Of a stretch of DNA of 64,000 nucleotides, positions 37,525 through 50,015 are shown piece by piece; within the stretch, counting starts at the first letter, position 1; the number at the start of each line of letters is the position of its first letter. A program made the position numbers and the translations under genes. The notes under the pieces were generated by a model. It did not search any database. It saw only the letters and a program-made list of their open reading frames with translations, and was not told the origin of the DNA. Location: the NCBI GenBank assembly GCA_964247055.1, contig OZ176050.1, positions 5,332,001 to 5,396,000 of the forward strand, written 5' to 3'. Source of the stretch: Paragordius varius (taxonomy: Eukaryota > Animalia > Nematomorpha).

Positions 37525-38815
37525 ATGATAATATTCCGTTTAAATAGAACCTGGGCTATATATCCTCCAATTAATATTGATCAACATCGTCCAAACGATA
37601 TACGACAACCATTAAATAATTATACACCTGAAACCGATGATACCAATATAAATAATGAGAATAAAATACGAGATGTTTCAGGCCTTAACCCGGATTTAAA
37701 AAACATGTTTAAGAGTAATATTGTTCCACCCAAAGCTAAATTTGATCATCATTTACGACGTAATCATGTCCGAAGCATTTATTCAAATTATGGTTCTAGT
37801 TCAAGTTTTTGTTTTCTAATGTTTAAGATGTTGACCCATCCGTGTGTTGGCCCACACTCTCTGAAATTGAAAGAAAACAAGCTGACTCGAAAATTATAGA
37901 AACTCAATATTTTGAAGAAATGCAAAAAATAAATGAAAAAAACATTAGGGTTGCCAAAGCAGTTCAGCAACGTAGATCATTGGTAATTATTATTTATTTA
38001 CCTTAATCTCTTATAATTTTAAAAATGTACATCTGCATATTTTAAGGAGACATATATGTGCATCTTAATATATGATATTATTTTCACCTTAAGTTCGTCC
38101 TTCGGCAAATTAAAGTCTCAAAATTAAACAAAATTTTTGCTTAACGTATTTCTGACATAAGTTTTTAAAAGACTTATTGTTACCATTTTTTATAATTTTA
38201 GCACCTAAAATAACACCCTCAGATTTTATCAAATAAGCTATTGACATTTTTAATGTATCTTCATAATTATGGAATTTAATTAACAATTAATAACCTTTAT
38301 TTACAGTAGAATTTAATTTTGAATTTTAACCTGGTCGTTTTTTGACTTTCTATTTTTTTGTTTTGATATTTTGCAAAATTCTAAAAAACTTATATGATAT
38401 AGAGAGCAAGACGCCGGATTCGTACATTATGCATTTTAGCGGGCGAGTTTTAATGCTTTTAAGAATTTAATTATACAGCTTATTTCAATAAAAAATGAGA
38501 AAAAATAGACTACTCTATAATTTATATTAGATTAGGGAAAACATGAAAAAAATGTCACAATACATTGAACGGTACATGGATCGGGGATCTCAAGCAGCTA
38601 CCAAACAAGATGAGGTTAAAAAACAACGCCAACACGAAATGATGGAAGAGGCCCGTGAATATTTTGGTTATAGGATTCAAACACATGACCCCAGATTTCA
38701 AAAGTTAATGGAGGAACGGGAAATGGCTCGGAAAAAAATGCAAAGGCAGGAAAAGAAACGACAACAAGAATCGCGCAAGATTGCGGCCCTTGATATCCTG
38801 AAAACTGTTAAATAA
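37525..38815 (+). CDS. GADD45GIP1: GADD45GIP1/CRIF1, mitoribosomal protein mL64, ~239 aa, 3 exons
   Basis: Exons 37525-37804, 37828-37982, 38531-38815. YGSSSNVDPSVCWPT, IRENMKKM and EEAREYFGYRIQTHDPRFQKLM match the CRIF1 pattern. An in-frame alternative ATG lies at 37504. Confidence 0.88.
37805..37827 (+). other. 23-nt intron (mL64 i1)
   Basis: GTTTTTGTTTTCTAATGTTTAAG with CTAAT branch-like motif; removal gives an ungapped match to YGxxSxVxPxxxWP. Confidence 0.88.
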
Positions 38816-38844
38816 TAATAGATTGCAATGATAATTACTGCTTT

Positions 38845-39830
38845 TTTATTTTGTTAAAGATTTACTTTTTTTCGTTAATTGGGTATTAATATTTGGTAAA
38901 GAATATAAAAACAAGAGCTATATGGTATACCATATCATATTCTTTAAAAAAGTAAAAGAATTGTGGGGGAAGGGCGCCGGAAATCTTTGATAAAAAATGA
39001 AAATACACTAACTACTTACCCTTCACTTAAAATTATTGTGTAAAAGGGTTAGGAAAATCGTAATTTTAATCTCAATTATAATTTTTTTGTTTTGATATGG
39101 GAACGATTTAAAATATGCTATATTAAATAATTATAAAATTAAATTATTTAAAAAATATATCAAAACCATTGTAAAATTTTCCACTTTTATAACATTAATA
39201 AACATATATAAATAATTTATTCAATAAAATACTTGATATTAGTTATTTTAAGCTAACAAATGGTAAATATTTAGTCAACGTGACATGTGTAAAACCGCTT
39301 TATCTATTTCTATCAATGTAAGATGTAACTTAAATAAAAAATTAAATTTAATTTTACCCTTAACACTTAATGAAGACAACATTTTGCAAATATTTTGTAA
39401 AATAAAAATGGTGTCGAAGTTGTTTCACATGTAACTTTTTTTTCAAAACAAAAATTTATTTAGATATTTTGGCATATTTATATAATTTTTATTAGGAAAG
39501 AAGCATAAATTTAAAATGGGACCGTTTCTTACACTAGTTTATTAAAAATACTAACTCAAATTTTGTCTGGGGTATATTTGGATACCCCATTTTAGGTGTT
39601 AAATAAAATTTTTATCAAAAAAAACTTAATATATAAAATTTTGCAAAAAATTAACAAAAATATTACCATTCCCCTTTAAACAATATTAATTTTCATTTTT
39701 TATCAAAGATTTCTGACGCCCTTTCCCCACACTTCTTTAATTTTAAAGAATATGTAGCTCTTGTTTTTATATTCTTTACCAAATAATAATACCCAATTAA
39801 CGAAAAAAAGTAAATCTTTAACAAAATAAA
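38845..39830. repeat. Long inverted repeat (arms 38845-39004 and 39689-39830) around a partial family-A MITE
   Basis: TTTATTTTGTTAAAGATTTACTTTTTTTCGTTAATTGGGTATT.. is mirrored at 39755-39830. Confidence 0.85.
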
Positions 39831-40588
39831 GTCTACATGACTGTACATGCATTCGTACAACCCTTAATAAATACTTTCATTGATGAAAAAGTTATGGTAA
39901 AATTATTATTTAATAAACAATATAACCATCTATCCACTTTTATTCCGGAATCGGAACCGGTAATCAGCTGATAATATTATTTTAGATATCATTTGCACTG
40001 GACGCTTGTGCTTTGTTAAATATTGTTATAAAAAATGTTGGATCAACTTAATTATCCGCAAAAGTTATCTTTTAATTCATAGATACATTGTATCATGTTT
40101 AGGCATGTATACAGAATAACGTTCTCTTTTATAAAGGTTAAAGGCATTCTGACTTAAAAATAGTGTGTTTTATAATAAAGTTAGTCAAAAGTTCATAGGG
40201 CACGAATAATATAGGAATGTATAATTAGCTTCTGTATTCAAATTCAAAATGAAGGCCAATGCGAAAAAACGATATTATAAAATTATTATTTATTTTAAAT
40301 GGAAACCGATTCTTGAGAATAATTTCCGAAAAAATAAAACGAATAATATAATTCGGCTCGTTCGAACTATTCGTCTACTAGATTCATTTATTCGCTTTCA
40401 AAGTAATTATACACAATGATTATATAATTCTAAACATTAAAATTTGAGATATTTTAGGTAAATATTTTTATGGAATTATTTACAAAGGTTTCTATATAAG
40501 ATAGGTAAATAATTTTTGTTATAATGCCCATAAAAATATTTTTTAACCCTGACAGAGACGGACAGGTTATTTTAACCTCAGTTTAGCT

Positions 40589-42610
40589 CAGCGGTACTCA
40601 CCAAAAAAATTTGACGGGCCAAATAAAATTTTTTTTTCGAGGGCCATGAATTTTATAATGGCAAATACTCCATAGCTATTTGACACATATGCACTTAATT
40701 ATACTCTAAATTAGCACAATGGTTTTTGCGGATCCCATAATCCATCTAAAAACTCGTTTTGTACCATTTAGTTTAAAAATTAAAATATTTTGATAACAAC
40801 AGTATTGGACATTAACCAATAATTTTTGACAAATTTGGTTTCGCCTCATGACAGACCAATTTTACAAAGTCGTCCATATGATCATCGGTTAAGCGATTTC
40901 TCTATGTAAGCACATTTTTTTATCTTTTCATATTTATTTGGCATATTTGCCAAAATTCTACATATCTTTCTTCCCTACGATAATCCTTGATTATAGCCCC
41001 AAATTGGAATCATTCAAAATCTACGAATTTTTCAATGAAATGCGCCTCAAAACCGAAATGTTAAGTTGCTTAATATTGGATATATCCATATGCCATGTAT
41101 TTGCAACAAGTTTTACGCAATTTTTAATATTTCTTTTGAAATCTGAATTTCATTTCATTAGATAAAAATGTTAAATGATTGTTTATTATTAAATTAATCT
41201 CCGCGGTATCCATATTTTATTCATGAATCGTTTTAAGTGTTGAAAAATATAGGAGTGTTTTACTTATAAAATCTTGTATACATATTTTAGTTTTTCTTCA
41301 TAATCAAATATATGATTAGCAAATTGGGTTATTATTTTGCTCCCTTGAACTTCTATTAAAAATACCAAGTTTATAAGTAATGTCGCAAAGGTCTAATAAA
41401 ACCGACTATTTGGCAATATTAATTTCCTCGTCAAACCTTCTGTTATCTTTTAAAAATAATAGCATGTCTTAAAATAGAAAATCTTTATTACTTTGCTAAG
41501 GAACCATCTCACAGCGGTGTACAAAAGAATATCATCAAACTCACTGTGGATATCTATCAAAAGGTTTTAACAGCGGTTTAATTCTCTGCAACGGATGTGG
41601 TTAACTATATGCACAACCGTTTTAATAACCGAATGAAGTGATTCATCTTTTACACACGAAACCAAGTTTTGCTGATGAATAACGCAGTGAAAGGATAAAA
41701 TATTTTGCAAATTATTGGTTTTTCAAAAGAGAAATAAATCCTTTGTTTATTCTTATCATTGAGAGACAGCTATCTGCGCAGATCGAAACCAATTTTTTCA
41801 TAGATATACTATACCATTATTATCGAAAAAAGTGATAATTATTTCGTAAAACATCCTTTCGTGGTATTATTCATTGGTAAAAATTTTATATATTCTTCGT
41901 TGATTATGTTGTCGTTGCAAAATCGCACGAATAGCGCACATTGAGGTGTTGAACTAATATCAGTGCTAGAATCAATAGCAATAATAAAACATTTGCAGTT
42001 TTTCAGAGCCGATAATGTATTGTTAAAAATATATTTAGACCTATCTTCAATGCGTCGATTGCATCACAAAGTAAGTTATTTAATTTGTCTCATGATTTGA
42101 TCTTTATTATGGAATTTATCAAATAAAAAAGTGCAACCATTTATTAGACATTCTTTTGTTAGTTGGGAATGGTTTTATATTTTTTCCTAAAAATTCCTGG
42201 GAGAAAGCCATGGACATAATAGATTTTTCTTTCTGGTATAATACTTCAATCTTTTTGTATTTTTCGTTTTCCGCATTCTGTTCATTTATGAGAAATTTAA
42301 TTGTAAAATGTCTTTCAATGTATTTTTGTATAATTATGTTGTCCTTGCATATAAGGCAAACAACATTATAATTTAAAACAACAAAGAATTTTTCTTGTCA
42401 TTCTTTTAAGGAGCGATTTTCATCGGATAATTTAAGTTTTTTAGCATTAGGTGTCATCATTTGAATTTATGTTTAAATATTAAGTAAAAAATAGGATTAT
42501 AATTTGAATTATGCTATAAAAACAGGTCGAAATTTAATTTCAATTTGAAAATATTTTATTGGAGTGAGTTGTAAAAAATGATGAAGGATAGCAATGAAAG
42601 GAATACATAA

Positions 42611-42655
<45 letters not shown>

Positions 42656-43545
42656 AGTTTGGGTGAAAGGCTTGCTTAAATACAAAAAAAAGAATGCAAT
42701 AAAAATTTCAAAATAGAAAAGAAATTAGAATACAGAAACAACGTGCCGCAAAATTTCGAAATCATTTTAATGTAAGGAAATTTTTCTACATTTCGAATTG
42801 AGGAAAAAATAACAATTACCAAAATTAAATCTAAAGAAAATAAATTAACGCTTGGATACAACACACTCATTTTAGTCCTTCGATTCAAATTGGGGTAGTT
42901 GGATACCCCAGGCCTGTTTAAAATTAAATTCTTTAAAAAGTATGGAAGCAATCTAAACCATGGCAAAATTTTGCACTTATATAACATTAATAAACCGAAA
43001 TATATAAAAAAATTTATTCAAAAATACTTGATATTACTTATTTTGAGCTAAAACTGAAAAGTAAAAATTTAGTCAACGTGACATGTGTCAAATTGTAATT
43101 AAAAAAATACAAAATAAACCGCTTTTTCTATTTCTATCCATGTTGGATGTAATTTATATAAGATACAAGCTTTAGTTTTACCCTTAAAATTAAATGAAGA
43201 CGATATTTTGCAAAATTTTTGTAAAAACAAAATGGCGTCGAAGTAGTTTGAGATGGAACTTTTTTTCAAAACAAATTTTATCAAGATGTTTTGGCATATT
43301 TATATATTTATCAGGATAGAAGCATAAATTTAAATTGGGACCGTTTCCTTAAATAGTTTTTTAAAAAATTCAATTTAAATTTAGTCTGGGGTATTTAGAT
43401 ACCTCAATTTGAATCGAAGTGTTAATATTAATAAGCGAAAATTCGTTTAAGTGTATTTTAAAAAAGATCAACAAAAAAATAATTTAAGTATCAATATGGC
43501 CATAGGTTTTAAAGGGCTCTTAGGGCCGCGGTTTGAGTGTCACTG
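40589..43545 (-). mobile_element. Old full-length Buster hAT with decayed transposase
   Basis: Perfect TSD GTTTAGCT (40581-40588, 43546-43553). Termini CAGCGGTACTCA / TGAGTGTCACTG. Minus-strand relics IAIDSSTDISSTPQCALFVRF (~41930-41995) and RNRLTDDHMDDFVKL (~40855-40900). Confidence 0.88.
42849..43421. mobile_element. Family-A piggyBac-like MITE nested in the Buster element
   Basis: TTAA at 42845-42848 and 43422-43425; inverted TTCGATTCAAATTGGGGTA..TACCCCAG motifs at both ends. Confidence 0.85.
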
Positions 43546-44354
43546 GTTTAGCTTAAAGTGACCAGATAGGCTGTTTTTCGCAGTACAGTACTGGGTTTTC
43601 GAAAAAAAACCGCGCCTGTACTGCGCTGACTTTTATACTGCTTTCTGAAATAATTTTTTTTATAAATATGTTTAATTATCATTTATTTATACAAGTTTTG
43701 TTTGTAGAATTCGATAGAGTACCCTTAGTTAAAATAAATAAATGGTTTTTTTGCTGTAAAAAACTATGGCCTTTAATTTTTATATTTTATTTTCTGCTCT
43801 AATTATACATGGAGTTGGGTTTTGGACCGGTCAAATCGCTTATGAATGCAGCCATTCGCGAAGTGCGGAACTATCAATATCAGACTCCAGATTTAGGCCA
43901 ACCTTTCACTCAGGGCCGCAAAAGCGACCTCAAAAATAAACAAAAAATAAATTAATATTTTAGTAAATTTATCTTTTGAAAATTCATTTTGTTTCATATA
44001 AGTTTCAGCTAAATTAAATTTATTTGAGTTTACTTTAATTATAATTATCAAACGGAAAATTTTTATATTTCCGCAACATATTATTTTTAAAATTCGTTAT
44101 ATTTGGTTTCGATATAACCTTTATTTTCTAGGAAAAAAACAACTTTTTCATGTTTTGGGGGAGGTATGCTCCTTAATTTTTTGCTTCCCTAAACTTTAAT
44201 TTTTAGCCAGTTTTCTTTTCATTCTTTTGTGCATAAACAAATTTATAGACCTATTTTGATTTTGCCACACACACACACAGACACACATAATAATTTTTTT
44301 TATTAATCCTTTTCATTCAATTTTCTTTTCCGTGCCTTTTCCTTTGAACAAAAT

Positions 44355-44510
44355 ATGGACTGCGGAAAAAAACAACTCACAATAGATACCTTGAAAGCAA
44401 TTGTAATAGTTAAAAATACAGAAAAAAATTGTAAAGCTTTTTTAGATAAAATTTCGCAAAACCATAAATTATTGGGACAATTACATAAATCTGAAAAATA
44501 TATACAATTT
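44355..44510 (+). pseudogene. hAT-like transposase C-terminal relic
   Basis: KKQLTIDTLKAIVIVK..KLLGQLHKSEKY resembles the hAT dimerisation-domain tail. Confidence 0.4.
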
Positions 44511-44892
44511 ATTATTTTTAGATATTATTGCTATTATAAAAAAATAATTATTTATTAATAATTATGTCACGTCATATACCATTGATTGGGTAGACTCAGA
44601 ACTATTTAAATTATTTTTGAATTTTACACTGTAGCAAATTCGGCATCGGAATAATTTCTATCCATTCACCTATCTTTTCTTCATCAACGCATAGTTTTAC
44701 CTGCTGTCAAATAGTAATATTTTCTAAAAAGCTATGGAACAGATTCATAAGATCGTGTATAAATGATTTTATCTGCACGGCAACATCTTATAAAAACCAG
44801 ATATATTGTTTCCCTCTATTTTTATTATCATATATTGGTAATTATATTGTTTTTGACAATAAACATTTTTTGAAACAAACATACCATTATAA

Positions 44893-45473
44893 TCTATATA
44901 TTTATAAAAATGGAAAGTAGTGGCTTGGTGATCTATTTCCGGGAAACCGGTAGATCCACTCAAATCCAAATGTCGAAAGAATATAATCATTGATGAATGC
45001 CTCGACAATAGCTTCGCCCTTTTTTTGAATTAGGCCCCCTGTTCAGGCCCACCCCGTGTAAAAAACGGGTTTTTTTGAAAACACAAATCCACAGAAATCG
45101 TGTCTTTGAGAGAATTTTCTGGAAAACGTGTTGAACCATTCAATTTAAAATATGATTTGTTTACTTATTTTCGATTGCGCCGAACATAATCGGCTCGCTT
45201 TTTTAACTAAGGCAATCTTTTTACCCGCTCCCGTAAAATGTCATTTTTCCAAAAAAATTCAAAAGTAATTGTTTGAATCTATTTTTCGCCCAAGTAAACA
45301 ATATATTAGTATGAATGCACCGTTTTGAAATTCCTATGAGATCATAGCTAATAAATAATGTTTAGAAATAATCCACATATGTGGATCATTTTATTGTCCC
45401 TTTTTTCAAATAGCCCCCCCCCCCAGCCCGAAGGACTTCCTCGGCCTGCTTAGCAGCACGAGATTTATGCTAG
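44893..45473 (+). mobile_element. Non-autonomous Helitron
   Basis: A|TCTATATATTTATAAAA...GC-rich hairpin...CTAG|T. Confidence 0.85.
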
Positions 45474-45818
45474 TATTATTATATATCCATATATATAACA
45501 TATGATATAATTATATATACATACATTTATATCAAATTTTATTGTTGGATATTTTAATTGTTTCTAATGAGCTTATAAATAGTAACGAACAATATCATTT
45601 AATATAAAACACCGAAAATCCGGTTAAAAAATAGTCAAAGTATGCTTTAATTTTGTACTGCACCAGGGTTCTAAATATCTGGTCACATTAGTTTAGCTAG
45701 TTTTTAAACCAAAATAAGGCAACAATAAGGTTTTGATAGGTTTTCCGGAATAAACACATATAAAAAAAGTGAGGTGATAGGTTGTTGGAATCGTATTATA
45801 ATGTTTTTTATATATATA

Positions 45819-46532
45819 CTAGCGTAAATCTCGTGCTGCTACGCGGCCCGAGGAAGTCCTTCGGACTTCTGGGGGGTGGGAGGTTTATTTGAAAAAAGGG
45901 ACAATAAAATGATCCACATATGTGGATTATTTCGAAACATTATTTAATAGCTAAGATCTCATAGGAATTATAAAACGGTGCATTCATATATTGATTGTTT
46001 ACTTGAGGGAAAAATAGATTTAAAAAAATATTTATACATATGATAGATACTCCTTACTCAGCAGCTATCATCAAAGAAACGCTTGACTAAAATTTTTGCC
46101 TTTTAACAGGCAATACGAAAAATCCTTCTCGAATTTTTACAGTCTCATACCTTGGGCAAAAAAATACAATCAAAAAATTATTTTTGTGGACTTTGTTTTT
46201 TTTTGAAAAAAATGGCATTTTACGGGGGTAGCGGGTAAAAAGAGGGCTTAAATCAAAAAAGTGAGTCGACTATGTTCGGCGCGATCAAAAATAAGTAAAC
46301 AAAAATCATATTTGAAATTGAATGGTCCAACACATTCTCCAAAAAATTGACTTAACTCATTTTTCACACGGGGTGGGCCCGAACTGGGGGCCTATTTTAA
46401 AAAAAGGGCGAAGCTATTGTCGGGGCATTCATTAATGATTATATTTTTTCGAAGTTTGGATTTGAATGGGTCTACCGGTTTTCCTGTACCAGATCACAAA
46501 GCCAGCATTTTCCATTTTTATAAATATATAGA
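45819..46532 (-). mobile_element. Non-autonomous Helitron, inverted second copy
   Basis: Same family with A|TC...CTAG|T on the minus strand; carries ~130 nt more sequence at ~46030-46190. Confidence 0.85.
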
Positions 46533-48575
46533 TTAGAGCGATTATTATAATTATACATAGCTTTCATAGGATGTAGATTACCTAATAAAATATTTCTTTA
46601 TTTAACTTAAAATATTTTTTACAGCGGTATATTGGATGTTATTATTTATCATATCCATATTATAACGTTCTATCGCATAATGTTATTTAAAGGCATATTT
46701 TTTAAATAAAAATTATATTTTTATACAACCAAATGTACGAAAAATGCTATTTTTAGATTCTATATAATAGCATAAAAATGAAATAACTTTCTTGATATTT
46801 TACATTACCATTCCAATATTTGTCTTACTTAATCCCTCAGTTATAAAATTATGACTTCAGGCCTTTATTTGCGACACCCCTTTTTGACGCAGTGTGCGGT
46901 TTATTTTTTAAAAAACGATTTGATATGGTGTCGATTCCATTTTTTTTGATTATTTTTATTTCGTTTATTAAACAAAAGGCAAAAATCAAAGGCAAAATAT
47001 TTTAAATTCACTTTTAATATGATCAAATAAAAATAGGGTTAGCTGTATCAAAAATAATTAAGTACCTGGAATCTAAACAACTATTTTGTTAATATAATTG
47101 TTTCGGTTGCACAAACAGGTTCAAAAATTGATTGTTATATTCAACGATATTTTAAGAAAATATCGAGGATATATTTCTAATTTAAAATCTGATAAAGAAT
47201 TAGCCCAAATTTAAATTAAATATATTGATAAATTTTGTTTTACTTAACAATTAAATCGAATGTTTTGTTCAATTATTGCGGATTTTAGTAAAAAAAATAT
47301 TTTAACAGCATATAAAACACTTCATGACTTCTTAGGGTAGTTTTATATCCCATAGCGATTTAAAAATTAATTATTTACAATTAAAGCCATTAGGCCAAAT
47401 TTAAAAATATGCTTTCTCTGGCCTTATAGGGACATAATACAAAATTTTATTTAAAAAATTTAAAATTGTAAAAAAATTTCATCGCAAACTTTTTTCCACC
47501 ATTTTTTCTTTTAACTTTATCAAATCGCTAATATAATAGGGAAATATATATATATTATGGTTAGAAAATGTAAACAAATAAATTTAGTATGTTTTAAATT
47601 GCATTCAACCAGAAAAAACTTGATATTTATTGATTTTAAAATTAGCTGTTTAGTTTAATCGTATAAAACTGTCCCAATTTTAGACTATAGAAGGAACTGT
47701 AAATATTAAGCTTTTCACCCAATACACGAGAAAAATGATTGATAATTAAATTTTAACTGAAATATCACTTAAAATAGTAGTTTATTTTCAAGATTGAGCT
47801 CAGATATATAAAATTATCCCAATATGTCATCGTGGAAAATAAGTGAAAGTCAATAAGCATTATTTGACTGAATTATTCTAAAATTAATATTTAATATGGT
47901 AAGTATATTTAATGTCGTAAGCCCTAGGAATCTTCATGGTTATACAATTTTTATTCATAAACAACACTTGTTCATCCAAAGCATTTTTTCAGGCAACATA
48001 TTTTCCATCTAAACGGAACTAAAAATGTCTTGAAATATGGCGTTTGGCTGAAAAATGGTATACTATAAAAAATTTAATATAAAGTATTTTTTTACGGGAT
48101 CACATTTTAGGGTATTTTTTACCCCAAAGTTTTAAATAAAAACCATTGTTTTGAAATTCGTTTTGATCCCTAGAACATTGATCTCCTATGTCAGATGAAA
48201 AGGCTTATATTTTTTACAGTTTTACTAACTTATAAAATCCAAAGGATATCCAAAACACGATTTTAATGAACAGCTGATTCAAAATTATAAACGATTTAAA
48301 AATTTTAAACAAAAAGTAGGCGAAAAACGAGTTTTGTAAGAGAATAAAATTTAAAATTGCCCTAGGACATAAAGCTATCTTAAAAGGTTATGAAGTAAAT
48401 ATGTGTATGCGCAAGTTAATTATACCATTTATTTATAAATTATATTATATGTCGAAGTATGATAATAAAAATACAAATGTTTGTATCAAATCAATATAGC
48501 ATGCATATAAAACACAAATTTATACACAGCCGTTTTGTGAAAGTTCTATAATTGCTGATACGTTTGTGAGAATGT

Positions 48576-49910
48576 TTAATCACCACCATTGGCCATTACA
48601 CTTGCCATAGCCTCGTCCATTTGTTGATCCACCGACATAAATTGTTCAGCGCATTGTGACCAGGATATAGGCCTTCCACCATTACTGCCAAATTGACTAA
48701 TTCTGTCTTTGCAATCCTGCTTAATTCTGGATTTCAATGAAGGAACGATATTACCGATCATGACGGCTTGACGCGTCATAGAGACCATAGAATCATGGTC
48801 CATCGGCATGGCTTGCTGTCGGGCTTGAGTAAAGCGTTGACGGACTTGAGCAAAACGCTGAGGTGCTTGGGGGAAACGTTGTTGTATAAATTGTCGACCA
48901 CGTGGACTAGAAACGAAGGCACGAACTCTTTGCTGGAATTGAGGTCGTTCTCTTATACGATCGACAAATTGCTGTCTTAATTGTGGATTCTCTTGAATTC
49001 GCTGTCTGATAACACCTCCACCACGTCCTCCGAAACCACCCTTGCTCGCTCCTCCTCCACTTCCACCGCCGGACCATCCGCCAGCCCCACCACTACCTCC
49101 GGACCATCCTCCAGCACCTCCGCCACCTCCGGTCCATCGTCCGCCTCCGGCGCCTCCCCAACTGCCACCACCACCACCTCGTCCACCACTACCACCCCAA
49201 CGTCCTAAAAAAGGAAAATAATTAATAAGTATTTCATAATTTTTGAATAAAAGCTAACTCTTTCTTCTTCACGGACAATAAACAATGTTATATATGAGGG
49301 GATTGTATTAAAGACAAATTTACTTTTATAATTGGTATATATGAAATACAAAACCAATCTTATCTCGATATTAGGTGAATGTTTGCGTACAATTTTATGA
49401 ATACCTCCAGATAATCCTCCCCCCGAACCACCGAAACCTCCTCCATCACCGCCACCTCCGGAACCGCCAAAACGTCCTCCCCCAAATCCCCCGCCTCCAA
49501 ATCCACCACTAGGTCCAAAACCTCCGGCTTGAATACCAATTGCCTACGAATATGCATATATATTATATTTTCCAACTCGGTGTAAGACTGTATGAAAATA
49601 CATTACTAGTTTTTTTTATTAATTATTGCCAGATAGCATATAAGCAAAGAGAAATATTATTGGCCTATAGTTGTTTTTTTCGCTTTTTACGGCTTTTAGC
49701 CAATAATATTCTCTCCGCTATATATGCTATCTCGCAAAATCTAATGAAAACTAGCAATGTATAATTACACCTAATTAACACCCATCAAACCAAATCAATT
49801 AAAAATGTTGCGGGTAAAAATATATGAGTGTAATTAGATGTGGTGAAGTAATACCATATATCTATTAAATATTAAATAATCTCTAGTGTATAAAATTAAT
49901 AATTTTAAAA

Positions 49911-49958
<48 letters not shown>

Positions 49959-50015
49959 ATCATCATAAATTTTAAATATTACCAGGCAGGTGAGGAAGGC
50001 AACAGAAAATATCAT
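48576..50015 (-). CDS. Orphan secreted glycine-rich protein, 266 aa, 3 exons
   Basis: Exons 50015-49983, 49543-49405, 49204-48576 (801 nt, one frame). Signal peptide MIFSVAFLTCLAIGIQA; GGF/GGW-rich tract; Arg/Gln-rich segment; Met-rich C-terminus with two Cys. Confidence 0.85.

Noticed and set aside
48977-49575. Val/Glu-rich and Ser/Thr/Pro-rich (mucin-like) ORFs in the track
   Set aside because: Alternative frames and antisense of the Gly-rich gene; splice phases select the Gly frame
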